64,000 nucleotides of DNA. Source: an uncultured Atribacterota bacterium (lineage in GTDB: Bacteria; Atribacterota; Phoenicimicrobiia; Phoenicimicrobiales; Stramentimicrobiaceae). The notes under the pieces were generated by a model that saw only the letters and a program-made list of their open reading frames with translations, was not told where the DNA came from and did not search any database. The position numbers and the translations under genes are program-made. Positions 37,578 to 47,310 of the stretch are shown piece after piece. Position 1 is the stretch's first letter. Every line of letters begins with the position of its first letter. The stretch is from positions 9,802 through 73,801 of the forward strand of contig CAYSRG010000003.1 in assembly GCA_964433555.1 (NCBI GenBank). The letters are read 5' to 3'.

Positions 37578-38579
37578 TCACTTTTCTAAATCTTCTGACC
37601 CTCTAAAATCAATAAAACATGCCACAAAATGGTTTGGTGTTTTTTCTATTAGCTCTGGATTTTCATCTTCGCATTTCTTTAAAGCATATGGGCATCTTGG
37701 ACTAAATCTGCAGCCTGGATGGGGATCAACAGCTGAAGGCACTTCTCCTTTAATAATCTGCCTATCCCTTCTTTTGCCAGGGTCTTCTACGGGAACGGCA
37801 GATAATAAAGCTTCAGTGTATGGATGAAACCTATTAACAAATAATTCGTCACTTTCAGCTATTTCCACTATTTTGCCAACATACATTACTGCAATACGAG
37901 TAGACATATAATGTACAACTCTTATGTCATGAGAAATAAACAAGTAAGTAAGGGATAACTGTTCTTGCAAATCTTTCAATAGATTTAGTATCTGAGCTCT
38001 TACTGATATATCAACAGAAGAGATGGGCTCATCCGCAACGACAAATTTTGGATTTAAACAAAGGGAACGGGCAATGCCTACACTTTGTTTCTGTCCACTT
38101 GACAATACATGTGGAAATTGTACAGCAATTTCTGGTTTTAAACCTACTAAATGAAGCGACTCAATTACTTTCTCCTTCAAGTTATTCCCCTTAGCTTTTT
38201 TGTGAATCAACAATGGTTCTTTTATAATATTTTCAATATTTTTTCTTTTATCAAAGGAACTGAATGCATCTTGAAAAATCATCTGCACACAACTCCGAAA
38301 CTTCTTCTCATTACATTGTACTCTATCAAAAATATTTACTCCATCAATATATATTTCTCCACTTGTGGGGGTTAGTAATTTTAATAATAATTTTCCTACC
38401 GTAGTTTTGCCGCACCCGCTTTCTCCGACTAAGCCTAGAGTTTCTCCCTTATATATATCGAAGGAAATATTATCTACTGCATGTACCCAGGAAGATATTT
38501 TTCTTATGAAGCCTTTTCCTTTTACCGGAAAATACTTTACTAAATTTTTGACCTGTACAATTGTTTCTTTTTCTACCAC
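37578..38579 (-). CDS. oligo/dipeptide ABC transporter ATP-binding protein (DppF/OppF-like)
   Basis: GESGCGKTT Walker A, LSSGQKQSVGIAR signature, and the C-terminal Opp/Dpp-type extension with Cys residues. Confidence 0.8.
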   Translation of the reverse strand: MVEKETIVQVKNLVKYFPVKGKGFIRKISSWVHAVDNISFDIYKGETLGLVGESGCGKTTVGKLLLKLLTPTSGEIYIDGVNIFDRVQCNEKKFRSCVQMIFQDAFSSFDKRKNIENIIKEPLLIHKKAKGNNLKEKVIESLHLVGLKPEIAVQFPHVLSSGQKQSVGIARSLCLNPKFVVADEPISSVDISVRAQILNLLKDLQEQLSLTYLFISHDIRVVHYMSTRIAVMYVGKIVEIAESDELFVNRFHPYTEALLSAVPVEDPGKRRDRQIIKGEVPSAVDPHPGCRFSPRCPYALKKCEDENPELIEKTPNHFVACFIDFRGSEDLEK

Positions 38580-38591
38580 TATTTTTTCTCC

Positions 38592-39536
38592 TTAATATTC
38601 GCGATCTGATTTTATGGGATTGAATTCATCTTTAATCCAATTACCGATTATACTCAAACATAAAACTGTCATTGCGATCGCAATACCAGGGAAAACCACC
38701 AACCACCATGCATTGGTTATATATTGCCTTCCATCTCCGATCATTAGACCCCATGAAGAGGCAGGTGGTTGTATTCCATATCCAAGAAAACTCATATTTG
38801 CTTCTGCCATAATCATATGAGCCATTTCTAAAACATATATCGTAATCATTGGAGACAATATATTGGGAAAAATATGAGTGACAAATATTCTTGGCTTGCT
38901 GCACCCAATGGTGCGACAAGCTTCTACCATTGTAGTTTCTCTGACTGTTAAAACTTGACTCCTGGCCATTCTCGCATGAACCATCCAACCGACCATTAAT
39001 AAAGCAAGCGTCAAATTGACTTGACTGGGACCCAAAACCATTACAAATGTTAAGGCAATTAAAAGTCCTGGAAAGGATGAAGAAATATCTACTAATCTCA
39101 TTAAAAATAAATCTACCCAACCACCATAGTACCCTGAAATAATTCCAATTGTTATTCCAATTAGCCCTGATATTAGTACAACAGTAAAAGCAACACCCAT
39201 AGATACTCTTCCACCATACATAAGCCGGGTAAGGACATCCCTACCCTGTTGGTCTGTTCCCAGAAAATGAGGAAATCCTCCTTTTAAAGGAGAGGTCAGA
39301 GTCGGTGGTTTAAGCCTTTGCATTATATCGCTTTTAGCAGGGTCATATGGTGCAATTAGAGGAGCAGTAAAGCTGATAAACATAATAAATATTAAAATAA
39401 TAAAAGCTATGAGAGCTATCCCGTTTCCTTTAAAACGGAATAAAATTCTTTTGTAAAGATTGATCTGTTTGCTTGACTCTTCCTTCTTTCCACATTCTTT
39501 ATAGTTACTATAATTGCTTATTTCTTTCTCTCTCAT
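38592..39536 (-). CDS. peptide ABC transporter permease (DppC/OppC-like)
   Basis: Multi-TM protein with the BPD_transp_1 EAA-like region. Its position in the operon fits a DppC/OppC permease. Confidence 0.75.
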   Translation of the reverse strand: MREKEISNYSNYKECGKKEESSKQINLYKRILFRFKGNGIALIAFIILIFIMFISFTAPLIAPYDPAKSDIMQRLKPPTLTSPLKGGFPHFLGTDQQGRDVLTRLMYGGRVSMGVAFTVVLISGLIGITIGIISGYYGGWVDLFLMRLVDISSSFPGLLIALTFVMVLGPSQVNLTLALLMVGWMVHARMARSQVLTVRETTMVEACRTIGCSKPRIFVTHIFPNILSPMITIYVLEMAHMIMAEANMSFLGYGIQPPASSWGLMIGDGRQYITNAWWLVVFPGIAIAMTVLCLSIIGNWIKDEFNPIKSDREY

Positions 39537-39547
39537 CTTCTTTTAAC

Positions 39548-40486
39548 CTAATACTTAATGGTCGGATCAAAAAATCCATAAGATATATCAGTAATAAGAT
39601 TGATTATACAAATAACTAAAGCCACCGTAAAGACTTCAGCTTGTAAAAGAGGAAAATCTTGCTTTCCTATTGTATCTACAATTAAAGTACCTATTCCTGG
39701 CCAGCCAAAAACCACCTCTACTGCGGCTGCTTCCCCTGCTAAATAACGTCCAAAATCAAAACCAAACATTGTTGCTATAGCATTAGCAGCATTTTTTAGA
39801 GCATGATTGAATAAAATAACTATTTCTTTTACTCCTTTTGCTCTAGCTGTGGTAATATACTGCGAATTAAGTTGTTCAGCCACAGAGGACCTGATAATCT
39901 GGACTAAGTGTGCAGCCGGAATAAATGACAGAGTTAAAACCGGAAGAACAGCGTGTTTTAAGGTTCCATATCCCGAGGTATAAAACCATCCCATTTGAAC
40001 AGAAAAAAACAATATTAACATAAGCGCTACCCAAAATGGTGGAAAACAAATTCCAACTAATGAAAGATTAGTTATTAAACGATCAATTAGAGTTCCTGGC
40101 TTATAGGCTGCAAGGATTCCCAGAAGAAGCGCAATTACAAGCGCTAAGGCAAATGCAGAAACTACTAAAACCAGGGTAGCCGGAATTCTTTTTAAAACAA
40201 TACCTAAAGCAGGAACCTGTTGCCACCATGAATTTCCAAAATCTAGTCTAATGATAGATTGCAAAAAATCCCATAATTGGATTAAAATAGGTTTATCTAA
40301 ACCTAATTCGTGGGTTAAAGCCATTCTTTCAGCATCTGTGGCTTGAAGAGGAAGCATCGTATTTACTGGATTCCCAATAACATGAGTTACTATAAATACT
40401 AAAATTGATACTCCAAATATGACTACTATAGTATAAATTAGCCTTAAAATGATATATCTAATCATGTCAGAACCGCCTTTTACCAA
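39548..40486 (-). CDS. peptide ABC transporter permease (DppB/OppB-like)
   Basis: Multi-TM permease, 312 aa, adjacent to the DppC-like gene. Confidence 0.75.
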   Translation of the reverse strand: MVKGGSDMIRYIILRLIYTIVVIFGVSILVFIVTHVIGNPVNTMLPLQATDAERMALTHELGLDKPILIQLWDFLQSIIRLDFGNSWWQQVPALGIVLKRIPATLVLVVSAFALALVIALLLGILAAYKPGTLIDRLITNLSLVGICFPPFWVALMLILFFSVQMGWFYTSGYGTLKHAVLPVLTLSFIPAAHLVQIIRSSVAEQLNSQYITTARAKGVKEIVILFNHALKNAANAIATMFGFDFGRYLAGEAAAVEVVFGWPGIGTLIVDTIGKQDFPLLQAEVFTVALVICIINLITDISYGFFDPTIKY

Positions 40487-40536
40487 TACTTAATGTGTTG
40501 AGAGGGGAGATTGCCCCCTCTCAGTTCTTTAATATA

Positions 40537-42027
40537 TTATTTTAAATGCATTTCTGAAACTAACATTCTTCCATCTTCTCTGGGTTCCCATTCTAAATCA
40601 TCAGAAATACCCCATATACTTTTCAAATTTATGAGAGGAACACCAAAGGGGTCATCATACACCAACTGAGCTAAATCTTCATACATTTCTTGCCGTTTTA
40701 CTGGATCCATTTCGTTTCTAGCTATATCTATCTTTTTATCAATATCGGGATTGGAATATGCTGACTGAGGTCCTCCTGTTTTAATAATTGCTTGATAGAA
40801 CCTATCCATATCAAATAGGTCATTACCATTAGAACTGTACATAATATCAGGGGCCTTTTCCAGATCAAACAAAGTATCAAGCCATTGTTGCCAGCTTAAG
40901 AAGGTCAATTTAACATTGATACCTACATCTGAAATCATGGAAGCAACTGCCTCACTGATTTCTCCGTCTTTCATCCATCTCCCTCTTTCAGAAATTAACT
41001 CAACTACTTCACCATTGTATCCTGCTTCCTCTAGTAGTTCTTTTGCTTTTTCGGGATTATAGGGATAAACATCTAAATTTCTGTTAAATCCAAAATATGC
41101 TTCCTTTGCTAACTGACCTCTTGCCGGAACAGCATTTCCTAGAAACAGTGCTTCCGCCAATGCTTCTTTATCAATAGCATAATTCACAGCCTGCCTTATT
41201 AATTTATTTTGCATGATACCTCTTATAGTGTTAAACCGAAGAAAATAAAATTCAATACTATTTACTGTCTTATAAGATGGCAACTGCTCCAAATACTCAG
41301 GAAGCATATTGACTGCTAAATTAATCTCTCCTGCTTTTAGTGCTGCCAGCCTTGTAGAATTTTCCTGTATAAATCTATAAGTTACATCTTGGATAGGGGG
41401 TTTTTGATTCCAATAATATTCAAATTGTTCAATTGTAATGTCTCTTCCTCTATTCCATTCAACAATCTTATAAGGGCCGGTTCCAATCGGCTCGGTAGAG
41501 ATAATATTATCAGCACTATTCTCATAATATTTTTTATTTACTATATCCAAAAAAGTTAACCTTTTTAGAAGAATTGGATCAGGCCCATCAGTAATAATCA
41601 TGATAGTATTGGTATTTACTATTTTTGCGTCGGTAATTGTAGAAAAGTTTCCTGATATCTGAGATTTAAAAGCAGGATCAATAATCCTTTTTATGGAGTA
41701 AACCGCATCTTCTGCTGTAAAAGGTTCTCCATTATGAAATTTGACATTCTCCCTTAGTTTGAATTGCCAAGTTATCTCACTGATCTGATCCCATTCTAAT
41801 GCTAAACAAGGTTCAGGTTGTAAGGTTTTACCATTCAGTACCAAAAGTTTATCAAAAAGGTTATCAGTAATTGCCCTCATATTCCCATCATCTGCAAATT
41901 GGGGATCTAATGTTGTAGGTTCACCCTGTAGGGCAATGACTATTTTTTCCTGTGCCAAACATATCATATTAACGGTTAACAACAAAAATACTAAAACAGT
42001 TATTATAACTTTCCAATTCTTTAACAT
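40537..42027 (-). CDS. family 5 extracellular solute-binding protein (peptide/nickel-type SBP)
   Basis: 496 aa with a signal peptide. Its size and position between the ATPase and permeases are typical of a DppA/OppA-like SBP. Confidence 0.7.
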   Translation of the reverse strand: MLKNWKVIITVLVFLLLTVNMICLAQEKIVIALQGEPTTLDPQFADDGNMRAITDNLFDKLLVLNGKTLQPEPCLALEWDQISEITWQFKLRENVKFHNGEPFTAEDAVYSIKRIIDPAFKSQISGNFSTITDAKIVNTNTIMIITDGPDPILLKRLTFLDIVNKKYYENSADNIISTEPIGTGPYKIVEWNRGRDITIEQFEYYWNQKPPIQDVTYRFIQENSTRLAALKAGEINLAVNMLPEYLEQLPSYKTVNSIEFYFLRFNTIRGIMQNKLIRQAVNYAIDKEALAEALFLGNAVPARGQLAKEAYFGFNRNLDVYPYNPEKAKELLEEAGYNGEVVELISERGRWMKDGEISEAVASMISDVGINVKLTFLSWQQWLDTLFDLEKAPDIMYSSNGNDLFDMDRFYQAIIKTGGPQSAYSNPDIDKKIDIARNEMDPVKRQEMYEDLAQLVYDDPFGVPLINLKSIWGISDDLEWEPREDGRMLVSEMHLK

Positions 42028-42055
42028 TTAAATTACCTCCAATTTATTTTCTAAA

Positions 42056-43060
42056 CTATTCTAAAGGAAAATAACATCTAACCCACCTACCTGTAGAACC
42101 TTTAATCATTTTATATGCTGGTTTCTCTTTACAACATATATCCTTTGCAAATCGACATCTGGGATGAAATCTGCATCCATCAGGTGGATTAATGAGACTA
42201 GGTGGTTGGCCTTTGATCACCTCCAATCTCTTATTTTTAGATTTTAATTCCATTACCGTTTTTACAATTCCACTCGTATAGGGATGTGCCGGCTTGTGGA
42301 AAATTTCAAAAACATTTCCAACTTCAACAACCTGGCCTGCGTAAATAATAACCACCCGATCAGCCATTTCAGCTACTACACCCAAATTATTGGCAATTAA
42401 AAAAATTGTAGTACCTATTTCCTTTTTCAACAATTTCATCAATTCGAGAATTTGAGCCTGAATAGTAACATCTAAAGAAGCTGTTGGCTCATCAGCAAAA
42501 AGAATTTGTGGCTGACAGGAAAGGCCTATTGCTATCATCACCCTCTGTTTCATACCACCTGAGAATTCATAAGGATAACTGTTAATCATGTTTTCAGGAG
42601 AAGGTATTCTAACTAATTGGAGTATTTCTAGTACTTTGTTTCTAGCTTCTTTGCCTTTAAATCCCTGATTAATCTCTATAGCTTCCATGATCTGGCGGCC
42701 AATAGTCATGGAGGGATTTAGAGAAGACATTGGTTCTTGTGAAATAAGCGCTATCCCTTTGCCTCTTATTTTCCTAATCTGGCTTTGGTTCATTTTTAAA
42801 ATATCTTTCCCGTTAAATATCACTTCTCCAGATACTATTTTGCCGGGAGGAGTAATAAGCTTTAATATTGATAATGCCGAAACTGTCTTGCCACTGCCGC
42901 TTTCTCCCATAAGCGCTAAAGTTTCCCCTTTTTCTAGATAAAAATCTACGCCATCCAGAACTTTGGAAATTTTTCCTTTTATAAAAAAATGAGTTGCCAG
43001 ATTATGAACAGATAGCACAATATCCTTTTTTTCTTTAGTGTTAATATTATTCAAGTACAA
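42056..43060 (-). CDS. oligo/dipeptide ABC transporter ATP-binding protein (DppD/OppD-like)
   Basis: GESGSGKTV Walker A, FSGGMKQRVMIA signature, and the C-terminal Cys-containing extension. Confidence 0.8.
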   Translation of the reverse strand: MYLNNINTKEKKDIVLSVHNLATHFFIKGKISKVLDGVDFYLEKGETLALMGESGSGKTVSALSILKLITPPGKIVSGEVIFNGKDILKMNQSQIRKIRGKGIALISQEPMSSLNPSMTIGRQIMEAIEINQGFKGKEARNKVLEILQLVRIPSPENMINSYPYEFSGGMKQRVMIAIGLSCQPQILFADEPTASLDVTIQAQILELMKLLKKEIGTTIFLIANNLGVVAEMADRVVIIYAGQVVEVGNVFEIFHKPAHPYTSGIVKTVMELKSKNKRLEVIKGQPPSLINPPDGCRFHPRCRFAKDICCKEKPAYKMIKGSTGRWVRCYFPLE

Positions 43061-43125
43061 TCCTTTCTCCCAATCATTATCTCATTCTCATTTATACAAT
43101 TCTCGTGAAAAAAATCAAAAAGAAA

Positions 43126-44589
43126 CTATAAAATTCCAGCATACTTACAGGTAATTTCAATTAATTGCACCATTCCCTGGATTGCCCAGCGAGCTCTCTC
43201 CTCAATGAGATTACCATCATTATCAGTAGTACCCAATCCAGGAGATATAAAAATATTACCGTCATAGGCAATAGTAGGAATGATTCCCATTTGTGCAGTG
43301 CCTGATTGGAAGATATTTGTTCCAGAATACATATCTTCAATGGAAAAAATAGGAATTCCCAAACTGTTTTTCTGCCAGCTATTTTCATAATTAATCTCAA
43401 CAGCACTTGAATTATACGATTTTGAAATTATAAAGTCGTCTCTAATCTTTTTATTAATTTTAGCAAACTCTTCCCTGGTAATCTGATAAAGCTGATCTAC
43501 AGGATCCTTCAACCTTTTTGGATTATCTCTTAATACCTTAAGAGAAGCTATGACACCAACCAAAGCCTCTTTGCCAGGATCAACTGTAACATAAGCAGCT
43601 TTACCGTGAGAAGATCCAGTTCCCCATCGATCTCCATGAACTCCCAGTGCTCTTCTAATATCTACCAGGAGATCTTCTCTACCAATTATTAAACCTGCTG
43701 TTACAGAAGATGATGCTTTGTCCATACTGTAACAAATCAGATCAGCATTATTCTTTCTTATATCAGTACCTACAAAAGGTGCACCCCAGGCATTGTCTAC
43801 AATATAAGGTACATTATAATCTTGAGCAAGCTCACCGAGCATTTTCTGTAAAAGTGGTGTTCCCTCCTTATCCTTAACTCCATAACCATATCCAGGTGTG
43901 TCGTAGCCCAAGGAAGTAAAAGCAGTTAAGTATGGGGCATGTCGCTCAGCGTTCTCTTTAAATAGCTTAATGGAAGCTTCTGGATCTACATTACTCAGCT
44001 GAACACAGGGATGATACTTAATCCCATGACAATCGTAATTGGCGCGCTTTAGGGGTACAATTACACAATCTAAATTATTTTGCCTTTTTCCATAAAAACC
44101 TAATTCTCCTGGAGTTGTTCCACGATCGGCTAATAAATCCTTGTACTTTCCCGGAAACGGACGGCCATAGCCACCATGATGATGTAAATGCTTCTCATAA
44201 GGAATAATATACCTAGAACGATAATTATCGCCTCTGCCTTGCATGGGTGGTGTAGCCAGCACATCAAATGCAACCCAGAGAGCACCTTCACATGTATTTA
44301 CTGCTACACCGTCATATTCATCACCATAAACATCTTTAACTATTTCTCTAATTTCTTCATCAAATATTTTGTTGGGGATAATCTTCTCACCGTAATATGA
44401 CTCTGCTTCCCTTACTTCCTTAAAGGGTAATCCGTGACAGCCAGAAATAGCTCCAGTAAGCCCAAATTTCCCTCTGATATCCTTTGGAATACCAATTTCA
44501 TCTGCTGCTTTTCTGGCTTCAGTATAAATATTGGGAATGTTTTCTTGTAAATGACGATACATTTGAAATTTGTACTTGAAATCTGACAT
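43126..44589 (-). CDS. putative PLP-dependent enzyme of the SelA/DgaE-like fold-type I family, function unknown
   Basis: 487 aa. CYSMDKASSSVTAGLIIGR resembles the SelA-family Schiff-base Lys region (FSGDKLLGGPQAGIIVGK). It is the first gene upstream of the dpp-like transporter on the same strand. Confidence 0.4.
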   Translation of the reverse strand: MSDFKYKFQMYRHLQENIPNIYTEARKAADEIGIPKDIRGKFGLTGAISGCHGLPFKEVREAESYYGEKIIPNKIFDEEIREIVKDVYGDEYDGVAVNTCEGALWVAFDVLATPPMQGRGDNYRSRYIIPYEKHLHHHGGYGRPFPGKYKDLLADRGTTPGELGFYGKRQNNLDCVIVPLKRANYDCHGIKYHPCVQLSNVDPEASIKLFKENAERHAPYLTAFTSLGYDTPGYGYGVKDKEGTPLLQKMLGELAQDYNVPYIVDNAWGAPFVGTDIRKNNADLICYSMDKASSSVTAGLIIGREDLLVDIRRALGVHGDRWGTGSSHGKAAYVTVDPGKEALVGVIASLKVLRDNPKRLKDPVDQLYQITREEFAKINKKIRDDFIISKSYNSSAVEINYENSWQKNSLGIPIFSIEDMYSGTNIFQSGTAQMGIIPTIAYDGNIFISPGLGTTDNDGNLIEERARWAIQGMVQLIEITCKYAGIL

Positions 44590-44907
44590 TGTAATTTCTC
44601 CTTTTTACCTAAATAATTCCGTAACTTACATATATTTTATAGCACTCTTACCAATTTCATGCACCTATATGATGTGCAAGAGGAAACCTTCCTCTGGAAA
44701 ACTTCTCAAATTAACATTAATTTCAGTATTATATATTCCCTCGGAGTAGCTTCAGGAGATACCTCTCTTAATCATTTTGTCATTATTATTTTATATAATT
44801 AATATAGTCTTCTTGCTTTTATACTTTATCTCAAAATCTAACTGCATAATATTTTTTGAATAGAATTGTTATATTTTAAAAATTCCAATACCCAATACTA
44901 TTAAATA

Positions 44908-45816
44908 TTACACTTTATACTTTTTGATTACACCAAGCTTTTCCATTATCCCCTTTAATTGTTTTAATTTATCTCCACCAAGAGGATGTAAGGGAAGCCT
45001 GGGATTTCCTCCTGGCAGTCCCAGTATGTTCAATCCAGCTTTAATTACTATTGGATTTGTAACTGAATAACAAATTTCCATCAAAGGGAAATATTTGAAC
45101 ACTAATTCCCTTGAATTTATCATATCCTCATATTTTTGCCAGGGGCGGGATAACTGTGCAAATTCTTCCGGAATTAGATTTCCGGTAATATTGGTAGTTC
45201 CTGATCCGCCTAAAGCCAGATTCGGTAAAATGATGGAATAAGGTGGTGCATCACAGGTCAAAACATCTATTTTTCTTGCCATACCCATCTGTACTTTAAT
45301 CAGCTGACTTACATCAGGCATAGCCTCCTTTAGGGCAATAATATTTTTTATATTACTAATCATTTTTAAGGCAGTTTCCGGCTTGATATTAACACCTACT
45401 CTGGTTGGATTGTTGTAAACTGCTATAGGGATATCAATCTGATCAGCTACTGTCTTTAAAAAAATATATAGGTCATCCTGAGGTGGTTTAATATAAGAAG
45501 GGATCACTATTAAAGCACCGTCAGCTCCAACCATCTGGGCATATCTAGTCATTTCAATTGTATCCTGAGTATTTGAACCAGTTGTCCCTACCAATACAGG
45601 TATTTTATTATGAGTATATCCCACAACAAATTGTATAATCTGTTTTTTCTCTTCTTTTGATAACATTGATGATTCACCTGCTGAACCAAGTACTAATAGG
45701 CCATCTGTCCCATAATGATTTTGAAAATCAATAATCGGTTTAAACTTTTCCAGATCAATTTGCCCATTTTCCTGAAAAGGAGTAGGGATTGCTACCCATG
45801 AGCCTGTTATTCTCAT
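44908..45816 (-). CDS. DapA/NAL-superfamily class I aldolase paralog (not the lysine-pathway DapA)
   Basis: YNNPTRVGVNI and LKEAMPD retain the DapA Tyr133/Lys161 positions, but the GTTGE motif is replaced by GSAGES. The true start is probably MRITGSWVAIPTPF at 45816. A bona fide dapA is present elsewhere in the window. Confidence 0.65.
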   Translation of the reverse strand: MRITGSWVAIPTPFQENGQIDLEKFKPIIDFQNHYGTDGLLVLGSAGESSMLSKEEKKQIIQFVVGYTHNKIPVLVGTTGSNTQDTIEMTRYAQMVGADGALIVIPSYIKPPQDDLYIFLKTVADQIDIPIAVYNNPTRVGVNIKPETALKMISNIKNIIALKEAMPDVSQLIKVQMGMARKIDVLTCDAPPYSIILPNLALGGSGTTNITGNLIPEEFAQLSRPWQKYEDMINSRELVFKYFPLMEICYSVTNPIVIKAGLNILGLPGGNPRLPLHPLGGDKLKQLKGIMEKLGVIKKYKV

Positions 45817-45817
45817 A

Positions 45818-46258
45818 TTAACTATTTCCTTTTTTGGCTTGAATAATAATAGGATCCTCCACATTAATATTGAGATCTTTACCGGTTACCATTTTTGGTG
45901 AATATAAAACAATATTTTGATGATTGGGCATATGCGTATCATCAAAGCCAGCCACAGTTCCCAATAAATAATTATTCCAGTAGACTTCATCACCAACAAG
46001 CATGACTCCTCCTTTATTTATTTCAATAAATGCAATATAGGCAACCTGATTGACAACCGCTCCAGGCGTAGCATTTACTTCATCAGTTATAATCAATTCA
46101 TGAATTTCATTTTTCTTTAATGCCCTTGATTTTGTTTGTATCAGTTGTAAGCCACGATCTTTCATCTCTAATTGTAAAATTGCTACTACTGAAGATTGAA
46201 TGGCTCTTTTCAGACCATAGGGATTTTTGGTAATTAATCCACCAGTATAAGGATCCAT
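45818..46258 (-). CDS. hypothetical 146-aa protein, first gene of the DapA-like/PLP/dpp operon
   Basis: Start MDPYTGG, preceded by an SD AAGGAAGTGA. It ends 1 nt before the DapA-like start. No recognised motif. Confidence 0.5.
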   Translation of the reverse strand: MDPYTGGLITKNPYGLKRAIQSSVVAILQLEMKDRGLQLIQTKSRALKKNEIHELIITDEVNATPGAVVNQVAYIAFIEINKGGVMLVGDEVYWNNYLLGTVAGFDDTHMPNHQNIVLYSPKMVTGKDLNINVEDPIIIQAKKGNS

Positions 46259-46903
46259 ATTTTCACTTCCTTTATACTTTATTTTAATTTTAAAATAATA
46301 CAAAATATGGTAGAAATGCTAAAATTTATAATAATCCTAATACTTAAATTATATTTAAGAACTGGGTAACCATGGATAAATCAATACTAAAGAGAGCAGG
46401 TAACGGTAAGCATTCTAGTCTCTTCCTAATGGAAAACAAATTGATGTATTTGTTGTCCAAAATAAAATAATCTCTAAGAATCTCTGGAAAAGGGATGTAT
46501 TCCTCCCTCTAGCCAAGGGAGATTATTGGCTATCTAGAAATGTTTTAGAATGTGTAGAAATGCTATCTATAACGTATCATTAAAAACCATAAACCACCAT
46601 TGGGGGAGTTCGAAAGAGATCAAACCATGAAAAACAAAAAACGAGACTGGAAAAATAGTGGTTAAGAATATCATCATTGTACTCATTATTGGTTTGTTTA
46701 TGTCATCCTACCTACTCGTGGGAATTAAATGGTTGTATCAAAGGAAAAAGACATGCCACAAAGACTGGACCAGTAGGGTGTACATTGAACTACTGAAATG
46801 AGAACCTGGTTATCCTATGAAGGGAGGAACTAGATTAACAGATTTCTATTGTCAAAGAACAACTTTAGTATTACTCTGATATTCATTAACAAATTCTAAT
46901 TGA

Positions 46904-47281
46904 TTAGCAGCCAGCAATGGCTTCCATTTCAATTTTTGCTCCCTTTGGTAGATTAGGTACTTCAACACATACTCGCGCCGGTAAACTGGTATTAAAATAT
47001 TCCGAATAAACCTTATTTATACTATCAAAATCTTTCATATCGGTAATAAAAATAGTAACCTTTAAAACATTTTGCAAAGAACTTCCAGCAACCTCTAAAA
47101 TTGCTTTGATATTCTCAATCACTTGCTTTGTTTGGCTGGTAATATTGCCGTTCACGAATTCATTACTATCTGGATTAATGGCGATTTGTCCAGAAACAAA
47201 AACCAGATTATTAAATTTAATTGCTTGTGAATAAGGGCCAATAGCGGATGGGGCCTTTTTGGTATTTATAATCTTTCGGCT
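46904..47281 (-). CDS. ridA: RidA/YjgF/TdcF-family reactive-intermediate deaminase with no canonical start codon
   Basis: Full-length RidA reading frame (...INTKKAPSAIGPYSQAIKFNNLVFVSGQIAINP...AGC) of 125 codons. The first sense codon after an in-frame TAA is ATA, and there is no in-frame ATG/GTG/TTG before the conserved N-terminus. The track ORF covers only the C-terminal 83 aa from an internal GTG. Confidence 0.6.
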   Translation of the reverse strand, partial: SRKIINTKKAPSAIGPYSQAIKFNNLVFVSGQIAINPDSNEFVNGNITSQTKQVIENIKAILEVAGSSLQNVLKVTIFITDMKDFDSINKVYSEYFNTSLPARVCVEVPNLPKGAKIEMEAIAGC

Positions 47282-47310
47282 TATTTAAAACACATCCTTC
47301 CATTTTTTGA

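Noticed and set aside
38614-39120. Internal ORFs within the peptide permease genes (38641-39120 minus, 38614-38820 plus, 38151-38375 plus)
   Set aside because: They are alternative frames of the DppC/DppF coding regions and are not independently supported.
46304-46903. T-box or second riboswitch in the 600-nt leader of the peptide-uptake operon
   Set aside because: No AGGGTGGNACCGCG T-box sequence and no recognisable riboswitch core were found on the transcribed strand. It is kept only as an unexplained structured leader.
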